Under the pieces are notes generated by a model. The model was not told the DNA's origin, made no database searches, and saw only the letters and a list, made by a program, of their open reading frames with translations. Below are positions 46,045 to 57,765 of a stretch of 64,000 nucleotides of DNA, in pieces. Made by a program: the position numbers and the translations under genes. How positions within the stretch are numbered: position 1 is the first letter of the stretch; each line of letters opens with the position of its first letter. This stretch comes from Anaerolineae bacterium (GTDB lineage Bacteria > Chloroflexota > Anaerolineae > Epilineales > JAHCIE01), in NCBI GenBank assembly GCA_039810085.1, contig JBDHWG010000009.1:12609-76608 (forward strand), in the 5' to 3' direction.

Positions 46045-47057
46045 GAACGCAGCCTCGACCGGAGCACCTGGGCGTAGGCGCGCATCCGTTCCCGGCGCAT
46101 CGCCCGCTTGTGGCCGAGGAGCCACTTGGCGCCCTCCTCCACCATCTGCCACACGTAGGTGGCAAGGAGGAACAGCCGCAACGTTTCGGCCATGCCCGGC
46201 CCATGCCACTTGCGATAGTAGCGCACCTTGCTCGTCTGAAAGTAGATGTGCCGCTGTGCGACGACCTGCTCAGTGCTGCGACCCTCGTAGTGTATGACTT
46301 CGGCTGTGGGTAGGTAGACGACGCGCCAGCCCGCCTGCTTGAGACGCCTACCCCAATCGACCTCTTCCGAGTACATGAAAAAGCCTTCGTCCAGCAGCCC
46401 CACATCGGTGAGCGCTGCACCGCGCACGAGCATGCACGCGCCAGTGAGCCAGTCCACGTCCTGGACGATATCGTCGGAACGGTCCGCGACGTAGAAACGG
46501 CGCAGCGACGGCTGGTTCGGCCACCACTGCTGGAAGAGGGTGCTTTCGAGAAAGGCGGTCTGTCGAGTCGGGAAGCGCCGCCGCGCGGGCTGAATGCTAC
46601 CATCGGCATAGCGCAGGCGCGGTCCAAGCAGCCCGACATCCGGGTGCGCCGCCATGTAGGCGAGCATGGTCCCCAGCGCGTCGCCGACAATCTCCGTGTC
46701 GGGGTTGAGCAGCATGACATACGGGGGCGTCGAAGCCGCGATAGCAGTGTGCGCACTACTGATGTCGGCCGTGAATACATCAGTGCGAGGCGTCTCACCG
46801 CCCTGGGGACCAAAGCCCAGCGCGCGCAGCGCCAGGTTGTTGCCGGCCGTAAAGCCCAGGTTTTGCTCGGCGCGAACCAGGTGAACCCAGGGAAACTCGA
46901 CACGCACCATGTCGGCGCTGCCGTCGGTCGATGCGTTGTCTACGACGATAACAGCCACTGCTGCCCGAGTCGCCGCGCGTGCGGCTTCCAGCGACCGCAG
47001 GCACTGCCGCAGCAGGTCACGCACATTCCAGTTGAGAACGATAATTGCGAGGTCCAC
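46041..47057 (-). CDS. GT2 family glycosyltransferase (WbbL/rhamnosyltransferase-like)
   Basis: IIVLNWN...VIVVDNASTDGS...DTE motifs. Confidence 0.8.
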   Translation of the reverse strand: MDLAIIVLNWNVRDLLRQCLRSLEAARAATRAAVAVIVVDNASTDGSADMVRVEFPWVHLVRAEQNLGFTAGNNLALRALGFGPQGGETPRTDVFTADISSAHTAIAASTPPYVMLLNPDTEIVGDALGTMLAYMAAHPDVGLLGPRLRYADGSIQPARRRFPTRQTAFLESTLFQQWWPNQPSLRRFYVADRSDDIVQDVDWLTGACMLVRGAALTDVGLLDEGFFMYSEEVDWGRRLKQAGWRVVYLPTAEVIHYEGRSTEQVVAQRHIYFQTSKVRYYRKWHGPGMAETLRLFLLATYVWQMVEEGAKWLLGHKRAMRRERMRAYAQVLRSRLRS

Positions 47058-47087
47058 GGGAGTCAGGAACGCGGGGGAGCCACGGAG

Positions 47088-48158
47088 CTACTCGTGGCGG
47101 GCCACGGTGTACGCGCCGATGTCTTCGAGCACGCGGCGCGCGGGCACATCGGGGAGAGAAGCGAGCGCAGCATTTGCACGCTCGACGAACTCGGCCGCGA
47201 CCGAGCGCGCCGCCTCGATGGCGGGCGACTCGCGCACAGCAGCGACGAGCGCATCGACCGCGGCAAGCCTGTCTGCGCCTGGCGCCGCATCGAAGTAACG
47301 GCGCAGGAAGGGCGACTCTGGTTCGGCCTCGGCGTAGAGCATCACCGGCAGTGTCACGATGCCCTCGCGGAGGTCGCCGCCGACTGGCTTGCCGACCTGA
47401 GCCTGCGAGCCGGTGAAATCCAGGATGTCGTCGATAATCTGGAACGCCATGCCCAGGTTGTAGCCGTAGTCGTGCAAACGGGCGACGATATCCGGCGATG
47501 CGCCGCCCAGCTCGCCTGCCGCTTCCGCAGCGGTTGTAAACAGCGCCGCCGTCTTGCCGTAGATGCGCTCCAGGTACGCCTCACGGCTTGGCAGGCCGAC
47601 CGGACGATTGTAGAGCTGTTGCAATTCGCCGCCGACAATTGTCTTGAGGGTCTCGGCGAATAGACTAATCACCCGCGGGTTGTCGGTCTCGGCCACGTAG
47701 CGTGCGGCCCGCCCGAACATGTAGTCGCCAGCGAGGATTGTGGCGACCGGCGTCCAGACGGTGTTGAGGGTGGGGATGCCCCGGCGGAGAACAGCCTGGT
47801 CGATGAGGTCATCGTGGACGAGGGTCGCGGTATGCAGCATCTCAAGACCAGCCGCCAGGGACAGGGCGCGCTCGGTATCGCAGGGATAGATTTTGCACAC
47901 CAGGAGGGAGACGGCGGGACGCAGCCGCTTACCGCCTGCGCTCACTAGGTGAGTCAGGACTTCGGCGAGGGGCTGGTAGGGTACGTCGGACATGTTCCGC
48001 AGTTTGGCTTCGAGCCGCGTCATCTCGTCGCGGACGAGGCCGAGGTCCGGGTGGCCGACAACGCGCGTCGGTGCGGACGAGATGTTTACCCCGCCCCCAT
48101 CGTTCGCAGTCACACCATTATTATGTCCGCCGCCCATCATCGGATGTTGCTCGTTCAT
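47088..48158 (-). CDS. Polyprenyl diphosphate synthase (trans-IPPS, IspB/hepta-octaprenyl-like)
   Basis: First and second Asp-rich motifs LVHDDLID and QIIDDILDF. Confidence 0.85.
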   Translation of the reverse strand: MNEQHPMMGGGHNNGVTANDGGGVNISSAPTRVVGHPDLGLVRDEMTRLEAKLRNMSDVPYQPLAEVLTHLVSAGGKRLRPAVSLLVCKIYPCDTERALSLAAGLEMLHTATLVHDDLIDQAVLRRGIPTLNTVWTPVATILAGDYMFGRAARYVAETDNPRVISLFAETLKTIVGGELQQLYNRPVGLPSREAYLERIYGKTAALFTTAAEAAGELGGASPDIVARLHDYGYNLGMAFQIIDDILDFTGSQAQVGKPVGGDLREGIVTLPVMLYAEAEPESPFLRRYFDAAPGADRLAAVDALVAAVRESPAIEAARSVAAEFVERANAALASLPDVPARRVLEDIGAYTVARHE

Positions 48159-48244
48159 GCCCTATCGGTTTCCCCCGCAGCTACAATTCCACCCCGCATC
48201 CTATCCTCTGATGCAATGACCACGCCGCATATTTCGTCGCGGCG

Positions 48245-49057
48245 CTAGGCGCTGAGTCGGAAGAGCCGCTCCGCCGCCGTCGTCGTTTCCTGGGCGACCT
48301 GCTCCAGCGACACGCCCCGCAGCTCGGCCAGCTTCTCCGCCACCAAGCGCACATAGACCGGCTCGTTGCGCTTGCCCCGGTGTGGATGCGGTGTCAGGTA
48401 TGGGGAGTCTGTCTCTACGACGACCCGCTCGGCGGGCCATGTCGCCGCCATCGCTTGGAGCGCTCGCGAGCTTTTGTATGTCAGCGGCCCGTCCAGACCG
48501 AGACAGAAGCCCGCCGCGAGCGCGGCATCGGCGAGCGCCGCGTCGCCCGAGAAGCAGTGCAGCACACCTAGTGGGCGACGGCGGCCATGCCACGGGTGGT
48601 GCGCTGCCCACGCCGCCAGAATGTCCCACGTCGCGGCGTGGGCGTCGTGGCCTGGCTCGTCTTTACTGCGCATGTGGATGACAATGGGCAAGCCCATCTC
48701 CACCGCCAGGTCGAGCTGCGCCTGGAATACCTGGACCTGGACATCGCGCGGCGCGGCATCCCAATAGTAGTCAAGCCCAATCTCGCCGATGGCGACGACT
48801 TCCGGATGCGCGGCCAACTCGCGCAGCTCGTCCAGCGTCGTCGGTTCCCACTCCGCTGCTGAGTTCGGGTGCAGGCCAACCGTGGCGTAGACGCCCTCAT
48901 AGCGCTTCGCAAGGGCGATAGCGGCGCGGCTCGACGGCATGTCGCTGGCAATCGTGACGATGCGCGTGACCCCAGCTTTGGCGGCGCGGGCGATCACTTC
49001 GTCGCGGTCCGCGTCGAAATGCGGCATGTCGAGGTGGGCGTGGGTGTCAACCAGCAT
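48245..49057 (-). CDS. tatD: TatD family metal-dependent hydrolase
   Basis: MLVDTHAHLDMPHFDADRDEVIARA N-terminus and conserved His/Asp pattern. Confidence 0.85.
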   Translation of the reverse strand: MLVDTHAHLDMPHFDADRDEVIARAAKAGVTRIVTIASDMPSSRAAIALAKRYEGVYATVGLHPNSAAEWEPTTLDELRELAAHPEVVAIGEIGLDYYWDAAPRDVQVQVFQAQLDLAVEMGLPIVIHMRSKDEPGHDAHAATWDILAAWAAHHPWHGRRRPLGVLHCFSGDAALADAALAAGFCLGLDGPLTYKSSRALQAMAATWPAERVVVETDSPYLTPHPHRGKRNEPVYVRLVAEKLAELRGVSLEQVAQETTTAAERLFRLSA

Positions 49058-49084
49058 CGCGTCCGCCAGTGTCCACGGTTCCGG

Positions 49085-50536
49085 TCACGCCTCAGCCTTG
49101 ACGCCGGCCAGCGCCACGCCGGCCCGCAAGATATCCTGCACCTTGTCCTGGCGCGTCGTCTCGGTGTACACGCGCATCAACGGCTCGGTGCCGGAGAAGC
49201 GAATGAGCAGCCAGCCCGCTCCGTCCAACTCGTACTTGTAGCCATCCATGCGGTTGACACGGTTGACCTTGATTCCCGCAATCTCCTGGGGGTCGTCGCC
49301 ATCAAGCCTGGCCTTGATTTCCGCCCGCTGCGATGAGGGGAAGGTCATGTCAATGCGGTCGTAGTAGTGCGCTCCGACTTTGTCGAAGAGCATCTGCACG
49401 AGCTGCGACGGCGTCTTGCCTGTGCGCACCATGAAGTCCATGAGGTACAGGCCCGCCAGGATGCCGTCGCGCTCCGGCAGGCCACGGAAGGCGAAGCCGC
49501 CGCTCTCCTCGCCGCCCATCATCGCGTTCGTCTCGACCATCTTGGGGCCGACGTACTTAAAGCCAACGCCCGTCTCATACACCGGCACGTCATACAGCCG
49601 CCCTAGGCTCTCCAACATGGAAGTGGTCGAGAGTGTCTTCACAATCGGGCCGCGCTCGCCGCGATACTCCAGGAGATACAGGGCGAGCAGGCCGTAGACC
49701 TGCAACTGGTTGATGAAGACGCCGTGTTCGTCGCCCGCGCCGACCCGGTCGGCGTCGCCGTCGGTCATGATGGCGATATCGGCGCCTACCTCGCGCACCT
49801 TCGCCAGCGCCACGTCGATGTTGGGTGGAATTGGCTCCGGCCGCGACATCTCGGGAAACACCGGGTTGCGCACATCGTGCAGGAACGTCGGTTGCGTCTT
49901 GCCACCGACCAGCAGGCGCTTCCAGTAGGGCGCGCCCACGCCCCACATCGGCTCGATCACCACCTTCAGCCCGGCGTCGCGGATCTTCTCGACGTCCACG
50001 TTGGGGTAGATGCGGCGCTCGAAGTAGGCCGGCGCCGGGTCGAACAGCTCCACCAGGCCCTTCGCCTGGGCCTCCTTAAGCGGCATCCGCCGGGCGTTCG
50101 CCGCGTCGCCGATGCGCGCCTCGATCTCTTTCAAGGCATCAGGGGCAATCGCCGCGCCAGTCTCCGAGCGCACCTTGTAGCCACAGTCCCACGGCGGGTT
50201 GTGGCTGGCGGTGATGTTAATGGCCGCCGCCGCGCCCCGGTCGACGACCGAGAACGAGATCACCGGCGTCGGCGTGCCGCGGTCGGTCAGGTGCGCCTTG
50301 ATGCCGTTCCCCGCCATGACCTCGGCAGCAGCGGCGGCGAAGAACTCGGCCTCGAAACGGTTGTCGTAGCCGACGATGACACCGCCATCGGCCGCACCGA
50401 TCAGCTTGAGATAGTCTGCGAACGCCTGGCTGACGCGGCGAACGTTGTCGAATGTGTAATCCTCGGCGATGCGGGCGCGCCAGCCGTCCGTGCCGAAAAC
50501 AATATTACCGGCCATTCCGCTCTCCACTTGTGACAA
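49085..50536 (-). CDS. Phosphomannomutase/phosphoglucomutase (alpha-D-phosphohexomutase)
   Basis: Active-site [12 protein letters not shown]; four-domain length (483 aa). Confidence 0.85.
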   Translation of the reverse strand: MSQVESGMAGNIVFGTDGWRARIAEDYTFDNVRRVSQAFADYLKLIGAADGGVIVGYDNRFEAEFFAAAAAEVMAGNGIKAHLTDRGTPTPVISFSVVDRGAAAAINITASHNPPWDCGYKVRSETGAAIAPDALKEIEARIGDAANARRMPLKEAQAKGLVELFDPAPAYFERRIYPNVDVEKIRDAGLKVVIEPMWGVGAPYWKRLLVGGKTQPTFLHDVRNPVFPEMSRPEPIPPNIDVALAKVREVGADIAIMTDGDADRVGAGDEHGVFINQLQVYGLLALYLLEYRGERGPIVKTLSTTSMLESLGRLYDVPVYETGVGFKYVGPKMVETNAMMGGEESGGFAFRGLPERDGILAGLYLMDFMVRTGKTPSQLVQMLFDKVGAHYYDRIDMTFPSSQRAEIKARLDGDDPQEIAGIKVNRVNRMDGYKYELDGAGWLLIRFSGTEPLMRVYTETTRQDKVQDILRAGVALAGVKAEA

Positions 50537-50547
50537 AGTATATTACC

Positions 50548-50610
50548 GTCGTTGCGAGCGTCAGCGAAGCAACCTCCCGTCGCGGGATCGCGTCGCTCCG
50601 CTCGCGATGA
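50548..50610. repeat. 63-bp imperfect-palindromic repeat filling the PMM-gmd intergenic gap (copy 2 of family)
   Basis: Reverse complement GTCATCGCGAGCGGAGCGACGCGATCCC...GGGAGGTTGCTTCGCTGACGCTCGCAACGAC roughly 90% identical by eye to 33928-33991. Confidence 0.5.
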
Positions 50611-50611
50611 C

Positions 50612-51628
50612 TTAAACCCGGCTTGGGACGCGCTCGTTGCGCAGCGCCGTCAGGTCCGCCTCGACCATCATCTCCACCATCTGCTCGAACGAGACGTCCG
50701 GTGTCCACCCCAACTCCGTCCGCGCCTTGGTCGCGTCGCCAACCAGCAAATCCACCTCGGCCGGGCGCAAGTCCGACGGGTTGACGTAGACGTAGTCTTC
50801 CCAATTGAGGCCCACACACCCAAACGCCACCTCGCACAGCCGACGGACCGAGTGGGTCATCCCCGTCGCCACAACGTAGTCGCCGGGCGCGGGCTGCTGG
50901 AGCATCAGCCACATGGCGCGAACGTAGTCCGGCGCGAAGCCCCAGTCGCGCTGCGCCTCCAGGTTGCCCAGGGGCAGGCGGTCGACCAGGCCGAGCTTGA
51001 TCTTGGCGGCGTGATACGTCACCTTGTGGGTCACGAACTCAAGGCCACGGCGCGGCGACTCGTGGTTGAACAGAATGCCGGAGCAGGCGAACAGGTCGTA
51101 GCTCTCGCGGTAGTTGACCGTGATCCAGTGGCCGTAGACCTTTGCCACGCCGTAGGGACTGCGCGGGTAGAACGGCGTGCGCTCAGTCTGCGGCACCTCC
51201 TGCACCTTGCCGAACATCTCGGAGCTGGATGCCTGGTAAAACCGGATGTCCGGATCCACCATCCGAATCGCGTCGAGGACGCGCGTGACGCCAAGCGCGG
51301 TCGCCTCGCCGGTGAACACCGGCTGCACCCATGACGTTGGCACGAAGCTCTGCGCGGCAAGATTGTAGACCTCGTGGGGCCGCGTCTCACGGAGGATGGA
51401 CATGAGCGACACTTCGTCCATCAAGTCGCCCGGTACGAGGGTAATCTGATCCTGGATGTGGCGGATGCGGTCGAAGTTGACGGTGCTGGTGCGCCGCACC
51501 ATGCCGATGACCTCGTAGCCCTGCTCCAGGAGCAGTTCTGCCAGATACGAACCATCCTGGCCGGTGATTCCGGTAATCAATGCGCGCTTTCGCTGCGACA
51601 CGCTTGGTACTCCCTTCTTGTGCCCCAC
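50612..51628 (-). CDS. gmd: GDP-mannose 4,6-dehydratase
   Basis: [25 protein letters not shown]...[11 protein letters not shown]...[10 protein letters not shown] canonical GMD. Confidence 0.9.
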   Translation of the reverse strand: MGHKKGVPSVSQRKRALITGITGQDGSYLAELLLEQGYEVIGMVRRTSTVNFDRIRHIQDQITLVPGDLMDEVSLMSILRETRPHEVYNLAAQSFVPTSWVQPVFTGEATALGVTRVLDAIRMVDPDIRFYQASSSEMFGKVQEVPQTERTPFYPRSPYGVAKVYGHWITVNYRESYDLFACSGILFNHESPRRGLEFVTHKVTYHAAKIKLGLVDRLPLGNLEAQRDWGFAPDYVRAMWLMLQQPAPGDYVVATGMTHSVRRLCEVAFGCVGLNWEDYVYVNPSDLRPAEVDLLVGDATKARTELGWTPDVSFEQMVEMMVEADLTALRNERVPSRV

Positions 51629-51668
51629 AACGGGACGAGCGCCGCCGAATGAATGCTTGGACCACGAC

Positions 51669-52634
51669 CTACACTTCTGGCCGCGTCACCTGACTCACTC
51701 GGCCACGCCAATAATCCAGGATATCCTGGAGACTCTGTTGGAATGGAATTTCAGGCTCCCACCCCGTGGCCGCTTTGAGACGACGCGGGTCACACACCGT
51801 CAGGGGCATGTCGACCGGGCGGAAGCGCGCCGGGTCAACCTCCACGCGAATCTCGGCATGGCTGAGAGCAATCAAACCTTCGAGCAAACTCCGCACACTG
51901 CGTGCAACCCCGCTGCCGACATTGTAGACCTCGCCAGGCTCGCCGTGGAGAGCGAGCAGCCAGTAGGCGCGCACAACGTCCCGCACGTCCGTGTAATCGC
52001 GTTCGGCCGCCAGGTTGCCCACCTTTACCACCGCGTCCCGCTCGCCCGCCTCGATCTGTGCAATCTGCTCCGCAAACGCAGCGGCAACGAAGTCTGGCCG
52101 CTGGCGCGGGCCGATATGCGGGAAGGGGCGCACACGAATGGCGGGAATGCCGTGGCTGAGGAAGTATTGCAGACCTAGCAAGTCCTGCGTCACCTTACTC
52201 ACGGCATACGGGCTTGTCGGGCGCAGCGGCGTGTCCTCGTCGATGGGCAGGTCCGCCGGGCGAACAGCGCCATACTCTTGCTCAGAGCCGACGACGATGA
52301 TACGCGCGCCTAGGCCCAGCTCGGCCATAACAGAGAGGAGGTTGACCTGGGTATGGATATTCGTCTCCAGGGTGTCCCACGGGTCACGCCAGGAGATGGC
52401 AACAGCCGCCTGAGCCGCCAGGTGGAAGATGACGTCCGGCATGGCGGCGCGCAAGATGGCGACCACCGCATCTCGGTCGCGGAGGTCGCCGTATAAGAGC
52501 TTCACATCGGCTGGTAGGGGCGCTAATGGCGCTTCGAGGACGACGCCCCACACCTGGCATTCTGTGTGGGATGTCAGATAATCCGCCAGATGGCTGCCGG
52601 CAAAGCCGGCGATACCGGTCACTAAAGCACGCAC
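51669..52634 (-). CDS. NAD-dependent epimerase/dehydratase, GDP-4-keto-6-deoxy-D-mannose reductase (Rmd)-like
   Basis: 321 aa from GTG 52634 (RBS AAGGGGG); [14 protein letters not shown], catalytic SPYAVSKV; adjacent to gmd. Confidence 0.7.
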   Translation of the reverse strand: MRALVTGIAGFAGSHLADYLTSHTECQVWGVVLEAPLAPLPADVKLLYGDLRDRDAVVAILRAAMPDVIFHLAAQAAVAISWRDPWDTLETNIHTQVNLLSVMAELGLGARIIVVGSEQEYGAVRPADLPIDEDTPLRPTSPYAVSKVTQDLLGLQYFLSHGIPAIRVRPFPHIGPRQRPDFVAAAFAEQIAQIEAGERDAVVKVGNLAAERDYTDVRDVVRAYWLLALHGEPGEVYNVGSGVARSVRSLLEGLIALSHAEIRVEVDPARFRPVDMPLTVCDPRRLKAATGWEPEIPFQQSLQDILDYWRGRVSQVTRPEV

Positions 52635-52701
52635 GTCGCCCCCTTTCGGGTCAATCCTATGCAAAATGAGCGCAGAACGCAAAATACCATTGGACAAACT
52701 G

Positions 52702-52730
52702 CTTGACAAGTGGTTATGTATGCGATACAA
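52702..52730 (+). promoter_or_regulatory. Consensus sigma70-type promoter TTGACA-N17-TACAAT upstream of DUF4332 gene
   Basis: TTGACA 52702-52707, 17-nt spacer, TACAAT 52725-52730; RBS GAAGGAGG precedes ATG 52793. Confidence 0.5.
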
Positions 52731-52792
52731 TGCCTAGTGAGTAGTCGCCACTTTACTACCCTACTACCTAGCTTGGGCGAAGGAGGCCCGCG

Positions 52793-53200
52793 ATGGCAAA
52801 CATGCGCATTGGTGAGATTCGGGGGATGACCGCGGATGTAGCGACGAAGCTGAAAGCCCTCGGCATCACCGACTCCAACAGACTCTTCGAGAAAGCCCAC
52901 ACTCTTGTCGACCGTCGAAATCTAGCGAAGGAATTGGGGGTGGAGGCCAGCCAGGTCCTCGAGTACTTCAACCGCGCCGACCTGGCTCGTATCAAAGGTA
53001 TCGGGCCGCAGTTCTCGAACCTCCTCGAGGACGCCGGCGTCGATAGTGTCAAGGAACTGGCTCACCGCCGCGCCGACAACCTCTATCAGAAGCTGACAGA
53101 GGTGGCGAAGGCCGGCGGCCAGGTCAAGCGTCTGCCGCGCCCGGCTGACGTTGAGAAGTGGATCGATCAGGCGAAGGAGATAGCGAAAGCCGGCGAATAG
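52793..53200 (+). CDS. DUF4332-like HhH-containing protein
   Basis: 135 aa; two LxxIKGIGPxxxxxLxxAGV-like helix-hairpin-helix segments. Confidence 0.55.
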   Translation: MANMRIGEIRGMTADVATKLKALGITDSNRLFEKAHTLVDRRNLAKELGVEASQVLEYFNRADLARIKGIGPQFSNLLEDAGVDSVKELAHRRADNLYQKLTEVAKAGGQVKRLPRPADVEKWIDQAKEIAKAGE

Positions 53201-53302
53201 CCCGCCTGTCGCCCTGAGCCTTGTCCTTGAGCTATGCGAAGGAAGTGCGAAGGGCCTCGACGGACAGGGGATGTTTCGCTTACCATGACATCGGCGCAGA
53301 GA

Positions 53303-53333
53303 GTGGCCCGCGCATGCGCGCGGGCCACTTTGC
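53303..53333. terminator. Hairpin GTGGCCCGCGC-ATG-GCGCGGGCCAC followed by TTTG between convergent DUF4332 and metK genes
   Basis: 11-bp GC stem read directly; T-tract short. Confidence 0.45.
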
Positions 53334-53345
53334 ATTCGCAGTCAC

Positions 53346-54587
53346 TCAGTCGCCCACCGGCACGCCAACCTCGGCGGGCAGGCCCGCTTCACGGCGCAGC
53401 GTCTCGGCCTTATCCGTCGCTTCCCAGGGCGCATCGATGTCCGTTCGACCGAAGTGGCCGTACGCCGCCGTCGCACGATAAATCGGCCGGCGCAGGCGCA
53501 GGTCACGGATGATCGCGCCGGGGCGCAGATCAAAGTGCGCGAAGATGAGGTCCCGAATCGTCGCCTCGGACACGCGCGCCGTGTCGAACGTCTCGAAGGT
53601 AATGGAGACAGGGTGCGCCACACCGATGGCGTAGGCCAGTTGAACCTCAAAGCGGTCCGCCAGGCCCGCCGCGACGACGTTCTTCGCCACGTAGCGCGCC
53701 GCGTACGCTGCGGAGCGGTCCACCTTCGTCGGGTCCTTGCCGGAGAACGCGCCGCCGCCGTGCCGCGCCATGCCGCCGTACGTGTCGGCGATAATCTTGC
53801 GGCCGGTCACGCCGGAGTCACCCATCGGGCCGCCGGTTACGAAGCGGCCGGTGGGGTTGATATAGTAGTGCGTCTTGTCGTCCAGCAGGTACGCGGGAAC
53901 GGCGTGCTTGACGACTGTATCGATGACTGCATCGGTCAACGCGCGGTGACTAATCTCCGGGCTGTGCTGGGTGGAGACGACGATGGTGTCCACGCGCACC
54001 GGACGGCCGCGCTTGTACTCCACGGTGACCTGCGACTTGCCGTCGGGGCGCAGGAAGGGTAGCTCGCCCGACTTGCGTACCGCCGACAGGCGGCGGGTGA
54101 TGTCGTGGGCGAGGGAGATGGGCATGGGCATAAGCGTGTCGGTCTCGCGGCACGCGAAGCCGAACATCATCCCCTGATCGCCCGCGCCCACCGCCTCGAC
54201 GTCTTCCTCGGTCATGTGGCCGACCTTCGCCTCCAGGGCTTTGTCGACGCCGAGGGCGATGTCGGGTGACTGCTCGTGGATCGAGCTAATGACCGCGCAG
54301 GTATTGAAGTCGAACCCGTAGTCGGCGTGGGTATAGCCGATATCCCGGACCGTCTCACGAATCAGGGTCGGCACATCCGCCCAGGCGTTGGTCGTCACCT
54401 CGCCGATGACCATGACCATGCCCGTCGTCGTGGCCGTCTCGACAGCGACGCGGGACAGCGGGTCCTGGGCGATGAGGGCGTCGAGAATAGCGTCCGACAC
54501 CTGGTCGCAAATCTTGTCCGGGTGCCCCTCCGTCACCGACTCGGAGGTAAACACGTATCGATCCGCCGACATGAAAGAATCTGACAT
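53346..54587 (-). CDS. metK: S-adenosylmethionine synthetase
   Basis: [25 protein letters not shown]...[12 protein letters not shown]...hexapeptide [19 protein letters not shown]. Confidence 0.95.
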   Translation of the reverse strand: MSDSFMSADRYVFTSESVTEGHPDKICDQVSDAILDALIAQDPLSRVAVETATTTGMVMVIGEVTTNAWADVPTLIRETVRDIGYTHADYGFDFNTCAVISSIHEQSPDIALGVDKALEAKVGHMTEEDVEAVGAGDQGMMFGFACRETDTLMPMPISLAHDITRRLSAVRKSGELPFLRPDGKSQVTVEYKRGRPVRVDTIVVSTQHSPEISHRALTDAVIDTVVKHAVPAYLLDDKTHYYINPTGRFVTGGPMGDSGVTGRKIIADTYGGMARHGGGAFSGKDPTKVDRSAAYAARYVAKNVVAAGLADRFEVQLAYAIGVAHPVSITFETFDTARVSEATIRDLIFAHFDLRPGAIIRDLRLRRPIYRATAAYGHFGRTDIDAPWEATDKAETLRREAGLPAEVGVPVGD

Positions 54588-54668
54588 GGCAATCCTCTTA
54601 AGGCTTCAAAGGCGTCGCTCAATGGGTGCCGCGCCGGAGCGACCCGCGGCGCGCGTCGATGGGTCGGA

Positions 54669-55943
<1,275 letters not shown>

Positions 55944-55987
55944 TCATTCTCCTTCAACAGTTCGTTGTAATTAGCTTAGTTATGCGG

Positions 55988-56776
55988 TCACGGGCGGCGG
56001 ACGCCGCTGACCTCGATGAACTCGCACCACGGGCGAAAGCCCAATCGCGTGTATGCTGCGCGAGCCGGCGCGTTGTCGCGAGCGACGTTCAGCACCACAT
56101 CCTGCACGCCCAACTCATAACACGCCGCGACGACGGCGCTCGTGCATGTCTGCGCCAGGCCGCGCCCGCGATAGGTCGGCGCGGTGTAGACGTTGCCCAC
56201 GGCCGCGACGCCCATCTCCGGCGCTACCAGGTGCGTCCCTGCCACGGCCACAAGCCCGCCGTCGCTCTCGATTCCATAAAACAGCCCTTGCGCGACCTGG
56301 AACGGCGCGAAAGCATCAGGCCCATCGCCCATGCCCGACGCGTACAACCGCGTCAGCGCCGCCATGTCCGACGCCACAAGCCGTCGGGGCGCGTCGCCGT
56401 TCACGGCCGGCGGGCGGAAGTCCGCCCGCGACAGCCCCATGCGCAACATCGCGTCGGGCCGGCCTAGCTCATAAGCATTGTCGATAGGGGGCCAGTGGCC
56501 CGGCTCCATCACAAAGTGCAGCCACTCCGGCAGGCCGCCTTCGGCAATCAGCGCCGCGACGCCGTTTACTGCACCGATGGTGAGGCAAATCGACGGCGTC
56601 AGGCCGCGGAACAGTAGCGCCAATGCCACATCCTGCCCTGCCTCAACCGCGAACGTCCATTCGCATAACGCGAACAGCGACGGCTCCAGGTCGCCCAGGG
56701 CATACGCGCCCCAGACGCGGTCCTGGTTCAGGAACGCCTCGATACGCGCGCGGTCCGCCGTGCGCTGAATCTCCAC
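55988..56776 (-). CDS. GNAT family N-acetyltransferase
   Basis: Motif A YRGRGLAQTCTSAVVAAC...NAPARAAYTRLGF. Confidence 0.7.
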   Translation of the reverse strand: MEIQRTADRARIEAFLNQDRVWGAYALGDLEPSLFALCEWTFAVEAGQDVALALLFRGLTPSICLTIGAVNGVAALIAEGGLPEWLHFVMEPGHWPPIDNAYELGRPDAMLRMGLSRADFRPPAVNGDAPRRLVASDMAALTRLYASGMGDGPDAFAPFQVAQGLFYGIESDGGLVAVAGTHLVAPEMGVAAVGNVYTAPTYRGRGLAQTCTSAVVAACYELGVQDVVLNVARDNAPARAAYTRLGFRPWCEFIEVSGVRRP

Positions 56777-57753
56777 TAGCCGCGCACCGCCAGCCGCTCC
56801 CAGACCTGGCCGGTCGGGCGCATGTCGTAGGCGAAGTGCTCGAAGTGGGTGAAGTGCTTGAACTCCTCGTAGCGAGCAGCAATTTCCTCCGTCTCGAGAG
56901 TCTTGAGACGGTTGACGCTGAAATCTTCGACGACGAACGAGGCGACGACGCTGCCATGCACGATAGCCCGCTTCATGGCGCCAATCGTGATCGCCCCGCT
57001 GCGCGCCAGGTAGCCCATGAAGCCGCCGGCGAAGGAGTCGCCCGCGCCCGTCGGGTCCTGGATTTTCTCTAGAGGGTAGGCAGGAATAAAGAAGTTGGAC
57101 GAGATGGGATTCTCGCCGTTGGCGAACATGGCCGCGCCGTACTCGCCCTTCTTGATAATCAGCACGCTCGGCCCCAGGTCCAAAATCTTGCGCGCCGCGC
57201 GGATGAGACTGAACGTCTTGGCGAACTGCTTGGTCTCAGCCTCGTTGATAATGATGACATCGGCCAGGCGGAATGCCTCGGTCAAGACATCACGCTTGTA
57301 GTCGATCCAGTAATTCATCGTGTCCAGGACGACGAGCTTGGGCTTGCGCACCTGCTGGAGCACTTCGATCTGAACCTCCGGGTCGATGTTCGCCAGGAAC
57401 ACGTACTCCGCGTCCTTGTACGACTCGGGCAGCGTCGGGTGGAACGTGGCGAACACGTTGAGCTGCGTGTCGAGCGTCTGGGCGGTGTTCATGTCGTAGT
57501 CGTAGCGGCCCGACCAGCGGAAAGTCTTGCCGTCGGCCACCTGTAGCCCCGACAGGTCAATGTTGCGCGAGCGCAAGAAGTCGATGCCTTCAGCCGGAAA
57601 GTCCGCGCCAACCACCCCGACAAGATCAACTTGGTCGAACAGGCTGGCTGCCGCTGAGAAGTAGACGGCCGAGCCGCCCAGGGCATCCTTGACCTTGCCG
57701 AAAGGTGTCTGGATCGAGTCCAGCGCCAGTGAACCCACAACGAGAATACTCAC
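56776..57753 (-). CDS. PfkB-family carbohydrate/nucleoside kinase (adenosine kinase-like)
   Basis: N-term GSLALDSI...GGSA and C-term DPTGAGDSFAGGF signature; lies between mtnA and ahcY/metK. Confidence 0.8.
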   Translation of the reverse strand: MSILVVGSLALDSIQTPFGKVKDALGGSAVYFSAAASLFDQVDLVGVVGADFPAEGIDFLRSRNIDLSGLQVADGKTFRWSGRYDYDMNTAQTLDTQLNVFATFHPTLPESYKDAEYVFLANIDPEVQIEVLQQVRKPKLVVLDTMNYWIDYKRDVLTEAFRLADVIIINEAETKQFAKTFSLIRAARKILDLGPSVLIIKKGEYGAAMFANGENPISSNFFIPAYPLEKIQDPTGAGDSFAGGFMGYLARSGAITIGAMKRAIVHGSVVASFVVEDFSVNRLKTLETEEIAARYEEFKHFTHFEHFAYDMRPTGQVWERLAVRG

Positions 57754-57765
57754 GAGCGACTCCCC

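Noticed and set aside
54588-54668. Possible second SAM riboswitch directly upstream of metK
   Set aside because: The intergenic space is only 81 nt and lacks the S-box conserved blocks. metK is more likely co-transcribed from the riboswitch at 58862-59049.
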